A stretch of DNA of 39,220 nt from Candidatus Micrarchaeota archaeon (GTDB taxonomy: Archaea > Micrarchaeota > Micrarchaeia > Micrarchaeales > CABMGC01), in the NCBI GenBank assembly GCA_028866935.1, contig JAGWHH010000003.1, positions 1 through 39,220 of the forward strand, written 5' to 3'. Below the pieces are notes generated by a model. That model was not told the origin of the DNA. It made no database searches and saw only the letters and a list, made by a program, of their open reading frames with translations. Of this stretch, positions 15,581 through 26,350 are shown one piece after another. The translations under genes and the position numbers were made by a program. The stretch's first letter is position 1; each line of letters begins with the position of its first letter.

Positions 15581-17641
15581 ATGGACGCTATAGCTTCAGA
15601 CGAAATAAGCAATAAATTCATCGACTTCTTCAACTCCTACTACGAAGACCAGATAAACGAGATGTTCATCAGCTATCCAAAGCGCAGAAGCCTGCTTGTA
15701 GACCTCAAGGACCTGGAGAAGTTCGATATCGACCTAACCGGCGAACTCTCAGAGAATCCTGATTCGATAGTTCCTTTGGCCAACAAGGTTCTCACAAGCA
15801 TGAATCCTAATCCAGAAGCAAAAGAGGTGGTGTATGCAAGGTTTTTTGGCTCTGATGCGAACATGCCGCTCATACAGGATGTGGGATCCGAGTACATCGG
15901 CAAGCTGATAACCCTTGACTCTCTTGTAGTAAAGCGATCAGAGATCATACCAAAGGTCCACCTTGCCAAGTATAAGTGCTCATTTTGCGGCACAACACTT
16001 GAAGTAAAGCTCGACAAGGAAGATGTCATAGAGGTGTGCCCGCAGTGCAAGAGACGGTCATTAAAGCAGATAAACAACGAATCAAGATTCATCAACGTGC
16101 AGCGCCTTGCAGTCCAAGATCCTCTCGAGAAATTGAAGGGCAACACGCCAACATGGCATCTGGAAGTGCTGGTGGACGATGACCTTGTCAACAAGATAAT
16201 ACCCGGGGACAGAGTGGACATCACAGGAATACTTAGGATAAGGCCGAGAAGGAGTTTCAGGGGCAAGGAGGACAAGATTCTGTTTACACCGTATTTCGAT
16301 ACCATAAGCCTTAAGCCTAAACAGAAGGAATTCGCAGAGCTTGAGATCACTGTTGACGAGGAAAAGATGATAAAGGAAATGGCCAAAGACCCGGCGATCT
16401 TCGAAAAGATATCAAAGTCCATAGCGCCATCGATATACGGTCACGACGAGATCAAGCAGGCCCTTGCGCTCCAGCTTTTTGGAGGAACTCCGGACAAGAA
16501 GCTGATAGACGGCGGAGCCATAAGAAGCGATATGCACATACTTCTAATAGGGGACCCAGGGAGCGCAAAAACAAGGCTGCTGCAGGCAGTCACATCAATA
16601 GTGCCTAAGGGCATATACGTAAGCGGAAAAGCAACCACATCTGCAGGACTTACCGCTGCTGCAGAAAGGGACGAGCTATCGGAAGGAGGGTGGACACTTA
16701 AGGCAGGAGCCCTGGTTCTTGGATCAGGGGGCACTGTAGCAATTGACGAATTCGACAAGATAGGCGACGAGGACAAATCATCAATGCTTGAAGCTATGGA
16801 GTCACAGGCAATAAGCGTGGCGAAAGCCGGAATCGTGGCCAGATTCTCTGCAAAAACGTCTATTCTTGCAGCTGCAAACCCGAAATACGGAAGGTTCGAC
16901 AAGAACGCGTATCCTGCAGACCAATTCGATATCCCTCCAGCACTTCTTTCCAGGTTCGACCTTATATTCCCAATACAAGACGTACTTGACGAGGCTCAGG
17001 ACAGCAAAATCGCAAGGCACATCCTTACACAGCACGAAGCGGCAGGCGCGCAGGTTTCAGGTTCAAACGATGTCCAGAACATTCAGGCGCCTCCGATAAG
17101 CCAGGAGATATTAAGGAAGTACATAGCGTACGCAAAGAAGAACATAAAGCCCAGGCTCACTCCAGAAGCAAGCAAGATGATCGAAGACTACTACATAAAT
17201 TTGAGAAAGCTGGGCATAAAGCAGGGAGCAACACCAATCACCCCAAGGCAGATAGAAGGGCTTGTAAGGCTTTCAGAGGCATCAACAAAATCAAGGCTTG
17301 CAGAAAAGATAGAGATTAAGGATGCAGAGCTTGCAATCGCGCTTTTCGAATTCATGTTCAAGACATTAGCAGTGGACAGCACCGGAAGGAGGGACATCGA
17401 CATGCTTATTACGGGACTGCCAAAAGAGAAGGTAAATAATATTACTATTCTCCTATCCATAATAAAGAGCGTAGACGAAACAGATCAGGGAGCTGCGATA
17501 GTAAAAGTGCTTGAGGAAGCCGAGAAGAAAGGAATAGACCGCGCAACGACGACAAAGTACATCTCGGAACTTGAAAGGAGCGGAGACGTCTACTCTCCAA
17601 GACAAGGAATTGTGAAAATCGTGAGGCACGACGAAGAATAG
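15581..17641 (+). CDS. mcm: MCM replicative helicase
   Basis: Zn finger CSFC..CPQC, GDPGSAKT, IDEFDK, AAANP, LSRFD, C-terminal wHTH; no intein. Confidence 0.97.
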   Translation: MDAIASDEISNKFIDFFNSYYEDQINEMFISYPKRRSLLVDLKDLEKFDIDLTGELSENPDSIVPLANKVLTSMNPNPEAKEVVYARFFGSDANMPLIQDVGSEYIGKLITLDSLVVKRSEIIPKVHLAKYKCSFCGTTLEVKLDKEDVIEVCPQCKRRSLKQINNESRFINVQRLAVQDPLEKLKGNTPTWHLEVLVDDDLVNKIIPGDRVDITGILRIRPRRSFRGKEDKILFTPYFDTISLKPKQKEFAELEITVDEEKMIKEMAKDPAIFEKISKSIAPSIYGHDEIKQALALQLFGGTPDKKLIDGGAIRSDMHILLIGDPGSAKTRLLQAVTSIVPKGIYVSGKATTSAGLTAAAERDELSEGGWTLKAGALVLGSGGTVAIDEFDKIGDEDKSSMLEAMESQAISVAKAGIVARFSAKTSILAAANPKYGRFDKNAYPADQFDIPPALLSRFDLIFPIQDVLDEAQDSKIARHILTQHEAAGAQVSGSNDVQNIQAPPISQEILRKYIAYAKKNIKPRLTPEASKMIEDYYINLRKLGIKQGATPITPRQIEGLVRLSEASTKSRLAEKIEIKDAELAIALFEFMFKTLAVDSTGRRDIDMLITGLPKEKVNNITILLSIIKSVDETDQGAAIVKVLEEAEKKGIDRATTTKYISELERSGDVYSPRQGIVKIVRHDEE

Positions 17642-17706
17642 ACCGGTGGTTTTTTCTGGATAGGAAGATAGAGAACAGACAACTAGTAAACATAATAGCG
17701 CTTTTT

Positions 17707-18711
17707 ATGATAGTCCAGTTTGCTGGGCTCCTCGTGACAATCTATGCATTTTCATCCCTGCAATTTTATGCAGTTCCGGTGCAGCCAGCATCCTCTTTGC
17801 CCACTGCATTTGGCTACATAGTTTACATAATAGGAACAGCATTAGTCATACTCCTGTTAATCAAGGTATTGCATGGAGACATACTGTTCGTGCTGCTCGA
17901 AGCGATTATAGTGCTTTTTGCAACCTCATTTCTGCTATTCATTATACTTGGAACGGCATTTGCCTCTGTAAATTACATCTATATTGCAGCAATCTCCATT
18001 ATTGCTACCCTAGCCTTGATAGTGGCAAAGAACTTCAGGCCTAAATTAAGGAACCTTATAGCAATAACGTCCAGCATCGGCGTCGGCGTGCTAATAGGCC
18101 TCAACGGCTTCTATATTGCATACCTCCTCACCCTCTTCATAGCGGTGTACGACTACATAGCAGTCTTTGTCACAAAGCATATGATAACCCTTGCAAGAGC
18201 GGTGTCGGAGAGGAACCTGGCATTTCTCATAGGTTCTTCCGATGTCGAGGCCATGCCAAAGTCCTATGTCACCAAAAAGGACCGCGCAGAATTCGCCCAA
18301 AATGTTGATATAAAGAAGATAAAGGACCCGGTTATAAACTATTTGATAAAGACCGGGGGTCTTCCAGTAATTTCGCAAGTGCAGCTAGGTACTGGCGATC
18401 TTGCTATACCCCTCATGCTTACCGTAAGCGCATACATCAGCTTTCTTAGCTACTCATTGCCTATGATGATAATACTCGGATCAACTTTTGGCATGATATT
18501 CACCATGTATCTGCTCAAGAAATACAAGGTGGCACTCCCAGCAATACCTCCGATATTCGCATTCATTAACCTGTTTTTGGGCATAGCCTTCCTTGCGACC
18601 AAGCCCTCCAATTACTCAATGTGGCTGGACTTCTTTGCAGTGTTTGTAGTTACCATACTGATACTCTTTTCGAAACTCAATCAGATGGCCGGCACAAAAG
18701 CAAAGGACTGA
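17707..18711 (+). CDS. Presenilin/signal-peptide-peptidase family aspartyl protease (A22)
   Basis: YD (AVYDYIAV), LGTGD and LPAIP motifs in a polytopic protein. The frame is open a little upstream (possible CTG start at 17656). Confidence 0.9.
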   Translation: MIVQFAGLLVTIYAFSSLQFYAVPVQPASSLPTAFGYIVYIIGTALVILLLIKVLHGDILFVLLEAIIVLFATSFLLFIILGTAFASVNYIYIAAISIIATLALIVAKNFRPKLRNLIAITSSIGVGVLIGLNGFYIAYLLTLFIAVYDYIAVFVTKHMITLARAVSERNLAFLIGSSDVEAMPKSYVTKKDRAEFAQNVDIKKIKDPVINYLIKTGGLPVISQVQLGTGDLAIPLMLTVSAYISFLSYSLPMMIILGSTFGMIFTMYLLKKYKVALPAIPPIFAFINLFLGIAFLATKPSNYSMWLDFFAVFVVTILILFSKLNQMAGTKAKD

Positions 18712-18786
18712 AGCACAGAACGTAGCGGTTCCACAAAGCTTTATAATTATAAACCAGAATAATACTATTTGCTAATTGCAGCCGTG

Positions 18787-19107
18787 ATGGATATGATAGA
18801 TCTTACGAGTAAAACCTTCGATTCTGAAGTGCTCAAGTCAAGCGTTCCGGTAGTCGTTGACTACTGGGCCAGCTGGTGCGGCCCATGCAGGATATTCAGT
18901 CCGATAATAGACGAAGTATCCAAACAGTACGGAACCAAGGTTAAGTTTGCCAAGCTTAACACAGATGAAAACCCAGAAATCGCCTCAAGGTATAATATAA
19001 TGTCAATACCAACGGTGCTACTCTTTGATAAGGGAGATGTAAAGGCAATGTCGGTAGGGGCATTGCCAAAGGACTCATTCAAGAAGTGGCTGGACAAAAA
19101 CCTGTAA
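18787..19107 (+). CDS. trxA: Thioredoxin
   Basis: WASWCGPC active site and IMSIPT. Confidence 0.96.
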   Translation: MDMIDLTSKTFDSEVLKSSVPVVVDYWASWCGPCRIFSPIIDEVSKQYGTKVKFAKLNTDENPEIASRYNIMSIPTVLLFDKGDVKAMSVGALPKDSFKKWLDKNL

Positions 19108-19127
19108 TTCCATAATGAGAGATCAAG

Positions 19128-20423
19128 ATGGCCATAAAGAGTCCACAAGGATTTATTGTGGATCTTCCACGTGGCACGCAGGACCTGGGCACAAAAGACG
19201 CAATAGCCCTAAAGGAGATACTCTCCATTATTGAAGAAGTGTTCAAGAGATACGGATTCTCGCCAATAGAAACTCCATCCATAGAAAACACAGCAATACT
19301 AAATGCAAAGGCTTACGGAGAACAGTCAAAAGAACTCTACATACTGGAAGGTGGCGAGACGGCTCTAAGGTTCGACCTTACGGTGCCGCTGGCAAGATAC
19401 ATGGCCATGAATAGGGACATCACTCTTCCATTCAAAAGATTCCAGACCGGCCGCGTATGGAGAAAGGATGAACCGCAAAAGATGCGCGAGAGGGAATTTG
19501 TACAGGCGGATATAGATATAGTCGGAAGCAAGGACATAAGGAGCGACGCAGAATGCATTGCGGCAAGCGCAGAGGCACTGGCTTCATGCGAAATAACCGA
19601 ATTCACGATTCTCATAAACAGCAGAGGAGTTCTCAATACAATACTGGACTCTTACGGCATAAAAAACGAGACTCAGGTCAAGGCAATAAGGATAATAGAC
19701 AAGATACTTAAGATCGGATTTGAGGATACGCTAAAACAGCTCACCAGTCTTGGAATAGACCAGGCAAATGCACAGAAGCTTCTGGATTTCCTTTCACAGA
19801 AAGGCTCAAATGAAGAGAAGCTCAACAAGCTTGCGATAAATGTTCCCAACACAAATAAAGAGATAGACGAATTAACCCAGCTTCTCAAGGCCCTCAGTAA
19901 TTACGACATAAAAGGAGATGTCCAGATCGATTTTTCGCTTGCAAGGGGCCTAGACTACTACACCGGCTTTGTCTGGGAAGTGGTAGCAGCACTTGACGGT
20001 CAGAGGGCGCCATCAATTGCTTCAGGGGGCAGGTATGATAACCTCATAGGCATGTATTCAAAGAATCCAATTCCCGCAGTAGGTTCATCGATAGGCGTAA
20101 GCAGGGTGTTCGAACTGCTTAGGGCAAAGACTGGAAGGAAATCCTACGCAAAGGTATTTATCGCAAACATAGGCAAGGAAAACATAGAATATTCGATGCA
20201 AATCACAAGGAAGCTAAGGGCGGCAGGGATTTATACTGATCTAAATGTAGCTGAAAGGGGCATATCAAAGCAGCTTGACCACGCGAACTGGCTTGGAATA
20301 AGTCATGTCGCAATAATAGGCAGCAAGGAGAAAGAGGCAGGCAAGGTCAATCTAAGGGATATGTCAGCCGGAACAGAAGAGCTTTTAGATGTAGACGCAT
20401 TAATATCAAGGCTGAAAAAGTGA
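19128..20423 (+). CDS. hisS: Histidyl-tRNA synthetase
   Basis: LRFDLTVPLAR, REFVQADID, RGLDYYTG and GGRYD motifs. Confidence 0.97.
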   Translation: MAIKSPQGFIVDLPRGTQDLGTKDAIALKEILSIIEEVFKRYGFSPIETPSIENTAILNAKAYGEQSKELYILEGGETALRFDLTVPLARYMAMNRDITLPFKRFQTGRVWRKDEPQKMREREFVQADIDIVGSKDIRSDAECIAASAEALASCEITEFTILINSRGVLNTILDSYGIKNETQVKAIRIIDKILKIGFEDTLKQLTSLGIDQANAQKLLDFLSQKGSNEEKLNKLAINVPNTNKEIDELTQLLKALSNYDIKGDVQIDFSLARGLDYYTGFVWEVVAALDGQRAPSIASGGRYDNLIGMYSKNPIPAVGSSIGVSRVFELLRAKTGRKSYAKVFIANIGKENIEYSMQITRKLRAAGIYTDLNVAERGISKQLDHANWLGISHVAIIGSKEKEAGKVNLRDMSAGTEELLDVDALISRLKK

Positions 20424-20427
20424 GCAT

Positions 20428-20934
20428 ATGGCAAAATCAGAATTCGAAGAAGTGACGCAAAAGACCATAAGGAACGGAGGGATCCTGACAAAGCTTTATT
20501 TCGACATGCAAAGTGAAAAGGAAGAGGAGCTGCAGCCATTGATGACGGACCTGATAAACAACAGGCTGCTAAAGGCTCCCGGAGTAGTTTACTGCTTCGG
20601 AAGCATAGAAAAGCCCATGAAGCTTGACGACATATATTCGACAAGCGCCATCGTAACTGCGCTTTTCAAGGATTTAGGCGCCGCGGTTAACGTCGTATTC
20701 AACTTCGCCCCTGCAGGAATAGAGGTCATTGAGCCAGAAGGGCATTACACAATGAAGATAAGCGACCTGAACGGCGTCCTTGTCAGCCTTTCTGACATAT
20801 CTGCGGAGTACTCCAAGTACATACTTACAAGGGTCCTAAGCAAGGAGGACCTGGAAAAGGTAAACTCCACTCTTAAGGCAAGGTCAGAACTGGGAAAGAA
20901 GATGCTTGAGGGCGGCTCTAAGCCAGGCTCCTGA
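20428..20934 (+). CDS. Conserved-looking archaeal hypothetical protein
   Basis: 168-aa ORF 4 nt after hisS with host-like codon usage; FAPAGIEVIEP motif; no family recognised. Confidence 0.7.
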   Translation: MAKSEFEEVTQKTIRNGGILTKLYFDMQSEKEEELQPLMTDLINNRLLKAPGVVYCFGSIEKPMKLDDIYSTSAIVTALFKDLGAAVNVVFNFAPAGIEVIEPEGHYTMKISDLNGVLVSLSDISAEYSKYILTRVLSKEDLEKVNSTLKARSELGKKMLEGGSKPGS

Positions 20935-22039
20935 GGAAGAACCTGCGCAATACAAGGCTTGGCCTGTCCATGTCGCCATAGATACTCAGGAATTTGTCCA
21001 CACCAAGCATATTACATGCCTCTATCATCGTGCCTACGCCACGTGTCCCAAGTGAGGAGTAAAGCCTATTTATCATCGAATGAAGCTTAAGATCCAAGCC
21101 ATAAGCGCCAAGGAACCTTTTCTGGTACTCATCAAGCTTTGCAGTGCCTTCATAATAATCATGTATTGTGTCTGCTGCTATAATCGCACCGTTCCCACCA
21201 AATACTATGCCTCCACCTGTCGTGGGCTTTACCTGCCCGGCCGCATCCCCTATTAGCATTATCCTCCTCTTCCCGTCCACAAATCTCTTTCTAAGCGTCA
21301 TCGGTATTACAGATGCGCCTTCACTAACCGGCCTGTTTTTTCCGATAATGCTGCTTATCTGCGGCTCCCTCAAAAAGGCCTCAAAAGTCCGTTTTGCGTT
21401 ACCCGAAGTAGAGTCGATTCCAACGCCAACTTCCAACAGGTCTTGGGCATTGGGGCACAGCCAGGCAAAAAGCCCAGGATACTTCCCATTGTCAAAAAAT
21501 AAGTCAACAACATTCCTGTCAGGCACCTGGATATTGAACTCGGCCTTGTATGTAATAAGCATCCTATTTATTTCACCAAGCGAAAAATGCTTCGCTACAG
21601 TGGAAACCGCGCCATCGGCCCCCACTACTATCCCACAGGCCCTCATCCTTTCAAGTTCAGCCCCTGATACCCTTTTGCCTACAGTCACCGATGCGCCTGC
21701 AACTTCAGCCTCATCCCTGCACACCTCATTAAGCCTTTTCCTGTCAAGTACGTGTGCGATTGGCTTGGAAGACAAAATGCGCATCGTCTTTGTTGCCGAA
21801 TGTATATTGGCTCCGTAAAGCGTGTTTGTTATCGCACTAGAGTAATTTACCCCAAGTGTTGACAGGCCGCTTATTGATAGGATCCCAGATGCTCTAACTG
21901 GATGGCCCAGCACAGCCTTTTGGTCATACACATTTACGGCAATTCCGCGCTGCGCAATACGCTTTGCGGCCACAAGCCCCGCCGTTGCTGCTCCTATTAC
22001 ATGCACTTGCTTTCCCAAGAAAAACACAACAAAGCACAA
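20918..22039 (-). CDS. Geranylgeranyl reductase-family FAD oxidoreductase
   Basis: VIGAATAG (variant Rossmann motif), VGADG, FAWLCP, IGDAAGQVKPTTGGGI. Likely start TTG at 22018. Confidence 0.85.
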   Translation of the reverse strand: MCFVVFFLGKQVHVIGAATAGLVAAKRIAQRGIAVNVYDQKAVLGHPVRASGILSISGLSTLGVNYSSAITNTLYGANIHSATKTMRILSSKPIAHVLDRKRLNEVCRDEAEVAGASVTVGKRVSGAELERMRACGIVVGADGAVSTVAKHFSLGEINRMLITYKAEFNIQVPDRNVVDLFFDNGKYPGLFAWLCPNAQDLLEVGVGIDSTSGNAKRTFEAFLREPQISSIIGKNRPVSEGASVIPMTLRKRFVDGKRRIMLIGDAAGQVKPTTGGGIVFGGNGAIIAADTIHDYYEGTAKLDEYQKRFLGAYGLDLKLHSMINRLYSSLGTRGVGTMIEACNMLGVDKFLSIYGDMDRPSLVLRRFFLRSLA

Positions 22040-22103
22040 CGTTATTAATATTAGCAGATTAAATAGTTAACAGCAAATATTTATACTTATTATAACTGAT
22101 GTG

Positions 22104-25100
22104 ATGTCTCTATTACTAGCAGTATTAATTGGTGCACTGTCAATTATCCTGCCTGGATATTTCCTCGCGCTGGCATTACTTAAAAAGACAGGAATGCCGA
22201 TGTTCGAGATAGCCATTATCGGGTTTATATTTGGCATGATTTTCCCGCCCTCAATGATATGGCTTGAATCATACCTCATGAACTACATACATCTATTCTC
22301 GTTCTCAGCTAACCTGTACGATGTCAATGTCATTGTCCTGACCCTGATAGGAATAGCGCTCTCAATACAGCAAGGCGCATTTTCTACAGGTATGCTTTCA
22401 AAGACCCCCTTCAGCGGCATAAAGCTTGATAGCATATCAATAAAGCAGAATGTAGACAAGGATTACAAGAAGAGAATCTCTGAAATCAGGAATGCAGTTG
22501 CACATAACAATCTGGACATGAAGATGATCCTGGAGCACGAGCGCCAGGAGGAAGACCTCATATCCAGGCATGCAGAAGAGATGCAGGCACTGAAGGGCGC
22601 AGGCGTCGAGGAGAGGAAGAAGATAGAAGAGGCGCACATTGAGCAGGAAAGAAGGCTATACGAAGAGCACGAAGCCGAGGAACGCACTTTCCTAAGATCC
22701 GGATCTGATTCAGAGTCTAAGGCTGCAGAGAAATCAGGAAAGATGAATTACGTATGGATAATCCTCCTGGTGCTTATGGTGCTAGCTTTTGCAACCAGAA
22801 TGCTAAGCATAGGCATCGCCCCAAATTACTTTGAATTCGATCCGTACTTCGACATGATCAGCACCCAGTACATTCTTTCACACGGCTATCAATTGCTATT
22901 TGAGCATGCAGCGTGGCCAAGCCTTGCAGGAGGCACAATACACCGCCTTCAGCCCATAGTCCCATATCTTGAAGCGTACTGGTACAACCTTGCAGGCGGC
23001 TACAGCACAACAGCCACAACAATCAACACAACACTCCTTTCACTTGTAAGCAGCTGGTACCCTCCGATAACAGCTGCGCTTCTTGTCTTCGTAGTGTTCA
23101 TGTTCCTCTATCACGAATATGGCGAGTATGAGGGGCTTATCGGCGCAGGTCTTGCAACAGTGATGCCAATACTGTTTACCACATTCATAGCAGGCGAGCA
23201 GCTAGTCGAACCCTGGGGCATCTTTGCATTATTCTTCTTTTATGCGGCCTATGTGCTTGCAGTCCACAATCCAAAAGAACCGAGGTTTGCGATACTTGCA
23301 GGAATAGCATTTGCATCAAACTTCCTAGGCGCGCACTATTACACAGTACCAGCAGGAATACTTGCATTCTATCTTGTATTGCAGGGAGTTATCCACGTCC
23401 TGAGGAACGAAGACACCAAGGACTTTTACAAAATGAACATAATAATGCTGGCAGTCATACTTCTCTTCTTCATCCCATACAACGCCTACGGTGCAACACT
23501 TACTGAAAGAACACCCGCAATCCTTGGCGTACCAGTAATCGTGTCATTCCCTATAGCCGCATTGGCTTTCGTTGCCGTATTCGAGTATCTTCCAAAGATT
23601 GCAAAGGAGAGGAAGATAATAGACCAGCCGCTGAGCTTCAGCCTATATGGGATATGGCTTGTCATAATAGGGATAATTGCAATTATCCTAATACTATTCA
23701 CGCCATTAGGAAAGCCAATTCAGTCCTACCTGGCCCTGAGCGCGAAGTTCACCACCCCATCGTCTCCCTTATTCATGACGGTTCAAGAGTATGCGCCAAC
23801 AGGCCTAAACTACGATTTCGGCAACGGCGGCTTTGGGATAATCGGAGCAAGCGTCGGTGGCGTGTCCATAACTGTATGGGCAGTCCTGCTGGCATTCACT
23901 GCGCTTGAGCTTCTTGCAATATGGAAGAGAAATTCCAAGTCAAGCATAATGGCAATAGCCGCAGTATGGCCACTGGCAGTTGCAGGATTAATAGAGGTAA
24001 AGTACATTCCGCATTTCGGAGTAGGCTACATAATAGCAATAGGCGCCATACTAGGAGAACTTGCAATATACTATGCGTCATCAAATAAGGATTCTGTAAG
24101 GAAGATATTGTTTTACGCAGGTATAGCTGTAGTGGTAATAGAGGCAATACCGACCGGATACCAGGTACTTACGGCTGCAGCAAACCCTAGCTGCAATGCC
24201 ATCGGGCAGGCTAACAATCAGCTTGGCGCAGTACTTTACTGCAACACCATCCCTGGTTACTGGCTGCAGGCAACATCGTGGATGAGCCAGAATGTCGGCC
24301 CGTACGGCCCAAGGATACTTTCATGGTGGGATTATGGAGACTGGATAAACTGGTTTGGCAACAGCAACGCGGTGCTTAGGGGAGACAACTCGGTCCCCAC
24401 CGCAGACTATGCGGCAGCAGCACACTATGTCCTTACACAAAAAGACGGCGTAAATTCATCTGCACTACAGCAATACATGGACTCTGTGCAGGCAAAGTAC
24501 ATACTTTTTGACGACCAACTTGTTCCAAAGTGGGGTGCACTCGACTTCCTTGCGTGCGTCTACATCAACCAGACAAGCGAACAGTACGCACTTGCGCAGG
24601 GCGCGCAATACGGGCAGCCCTACCAGCTTGGCACATCAGCCTGCGAAATAAAGCACGACCCAGCCTACATATTCATACCTGTAAGCCAGAACATCGGCAA
24701 CTACTGCCAGATAGCAAATGCCACGACCCAAGTGTATCTTAAGGGATTTGTTGTAGTGGGATCGAACCCAACGAACCAGACGTACTGCGTGCCGGTAGCT
24801 GCAATAAACAACGGATTGACTGTGCACCTGCTTAACAACAACGGAACAAAATCAAACGCCATCATCACGCCAGCATTCTTTAACGGAGAGACCAGTGTGC
24901 AAGGACAGCCATTTGCAACCTTTACGCTTCTGTATTCCCCTAACGGTCCAAACGGCACCATAACCGATGCGCCTTCAGAATTCTACAACTCAACATACTA
25001 CAAGGGCTTCTTCCTAGGAAAGCTGTCCGGCTTTACCTTGGTGTACCCATCAAACTTCACAGGAATGAACTACATCAACAATACAAGGCAGATAATGATA

Positions 25101-25187
25101 TACGCGTCAAACAACTTTACAGGAACACTTCCAACAGTGACTCCAAAGCCAAGCTGGATACACAACAACTATACGATACCGGGTTGA
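22104..25187 (+). CDS. aglB: Oligosaccharyltransferase AglB (STT3 family) with an extra N-terminal membrane and charged helical module
   Basis: EFDPY, TVQE and SWWDYGDWI motifs; many TM helices; N-x-S/T-rich C-terminal domain. Confidence 0.92.
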   Translation: MSLLLAVLIGALSIILPGYFLALALLKKTGMPMFEIAIIGFIFGMIFPPSMIWLESYLMNYIHLFSFSANLYDVNVIVLTLIGIALSIQQGAFSTGMLSKTPFSGIKLDSISIKQNVDKDYKKRISEIRNAVAHNNLDMKMILEHERQEEDLISRHAEEMQALKGAGVEERKKIEEAHIEQERRLYEEHEAEERTFLRSGSDSESKAAEKSGKMNYVWIILLVLMVLAFATRMLSIGIAPNYFEFDPYFDMISTQYILSHGYQLLFEHAAWPSLAGGTIHRLQPIVPYLEAYWYNLAGGYSTTATTINTTLLSLVSSWYPPITAALLVFVVFMFLYHEYGEYEGLIGAGLATVMPILFTTFIAGEQLVEPWGIFALFFFYAAYVLAVHNPKEPRFAILAGIAFASNFLGAHYYTVPAGILAFYLVLQGVIHVLRNEDTKDFYKMNIIMLAVILLFFIPYNAYGATLTERTPAILGVPVIVSFPIAALAFVAVFEYLPKIAKERKIIDQPLSFSLYGIWLVIIGIIAIILILFTPLGKPIQSYLALSAKFTTPSSPLFMTVQEYAPTGLNYDFGNGGFGIIGASVGGVSITVWAVLLAFTALELLAIWKRNSKSSIMAIAAVWPLAVAGLIEVKYIPHFGVGYIIAIGAILGELAIYYASSNKDSVRKILFYAGIAVVVIEAIPTGYQVLTAAANPSCNAIGQANNQLGAVLYCNTIPGYWLQATSWMSQNVGPYGPRILSWWDYGDWINWFGNSNAVLRGDNSVPTADYAAAAHYVLTQKDGVNSSALQQYMDSVQAKYILFDDQLVPKWGALDFLACVYINQTSEQYALAQGAQYGQPYQLGTSACEIKHDPAYIFIPVSQNIGNYCQIANATTQVYLKGFVVVGSNPTNQTYCVPVAAINNGLTVHLLNNNGTKSNAIITPAFFNGETSVQGQPFATFTLLYSPNGPNGTITDAPSEFYNSTYYKGFFLGKLSGFTLVYPSNFTGMNYINNTRQIMIYASNNFTGTLPTVTPKPSWIHNNYTIPG

Positions 25188-25212
25188 CGGTTCAAAGTAG
25201 TCTGGGATAATT

Positions 25213-26349
25213 ATGAAGCTCATCTTGGCACAACCATATCTTAATCTAAGGGGCGGAGTAGAGAGAGTTATACTAGAGGTAGCCAAGCACTACGATGCAA
25301 AGATATACACTCTAGAGTACAACAAAGCCCAGACCTTTGAAGGATTCGAGGACCTTGACGTGGAGATAATAGGCAAGGACGTGCCTCTTGCAGACAAGCT
25401 TCCATATCGCGCATCCCAGGGACTGCGCTACGGCTACAACTTCTACAACATAAAGCTCAAGGAGGATTATGACGTACTCAATTCGCACATATCCCCAAGC
25501 GAGTGGATCAGGCACAAGAACGAGAGGGTTCTTTGGTACTGCCACACGCCGCCTAGAGAAGTCTACGATTTATACGAGACCAGGATGCACAACAGGTCAT
25601 ACAAGCAGAAGTTGCTCTACGCCGCGCTAGTCGGCACCTACAAGCTCATGTCAAGGGGAATAACCAAGAAGATAGAGCAGATAGCAACAAATTCTAACAC
25701 AACCAAGGCCAGGATAAAGAAATACTACGCAAGAGATGCCACTGTAATCAACCCGGGCCTTGATGTAAGGGATTTCCACAACGACGGCGACGCAAAGTAC
25801 TTCCTTTACCCGTCACGCATTGTCATAAACAAGCGTCAGGATTACGTGATAAATGCATTCAGCCAGTTCGTGAAGAAGTCAAAGGACGCAAGCAAATACA
25901 AGTTGGTTTTGGCAGGCACCCTATCAAACGACCCAGAGCACCAGAAATACTTCGAGAAGCTAAAGGCGCTGGCAAAAGGCCTCGGGGTTTCGTTCAAGAC
26001 AAATCTTGACGATGCAGAATTGAAGAAGCTCTATTCAAATGCGAGCGCAGTGCTATTCGCAGCAATAAACGAGGACTACGGCTACATACCAATAGAATCA
26101 ATGGCAAGCGCCAAGCCCATAATCTCGGTAAAGGAGGGCGGCCCCACAGAGACGATACAGGACGCAAAGACTGGCTTCCTGGTAAGTTCGCCGTCAGAGA
26201 TGGCAGAGCGCATGATGTACATTGCAGAAAACAAGGATGCTGCAGAGGAAATGGGCAAGGCTGGCAGGAAGCTTGTAGAGAAAAAATACTCATGGGAGGC
26301 ATTCTTCGAAAAATTCGACCCGATTCTTGATGAAGTTGCAAAGAAATAA
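25213..26349 (+). CDS. Glycosyltransferase family 4
   Basis: GGVER, YCHTP, SRI..KRQ and EDYGYIPIESMA motifs. Confidence 0.92.
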   Translation: MKLILAQPYLNLRGGVERVILEVAKHYDAKIYTLEYNKAQTFEGFEDLDVEIIGKDVPLADKLPYRASQGLRYGYNFYNIKLKEDYDVLNSHISPSEWIRHKNERVLWYCHTPPREVYDLYETRMHNRSYKQKLLYAALVGTYKLMSRGITKKIEQIATNSNTTKARIKKYYARDATVINPGLDVRDFHNDGDAKYFLYPSRIVINKRQDYVINAFSQFVKKSKDASKYKLVLAGTLSNDPEHQKYFEKLKALAKGLGVSFKTNLDDAELKKLYSNASAVLFAAINEDYGYIPIESMASAKPIISVKEGGPTETIQDAKTGFLVSSPSEMAERMMYIAENKDAAEEMGKAGRKLVEKKYSWEAFFEKFDPILDEVAKK

Positions 26350-26350
26350 T

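Noticed and set aside
15673-16902. Long antisense ORFs opposite mcm (and similarly opposite metG, ths, GGR, hisS and DP2)
   Set aside because: They are shadow frames of well-supported genes, with Ser/Leu/Phe-rich composition and no motifs.
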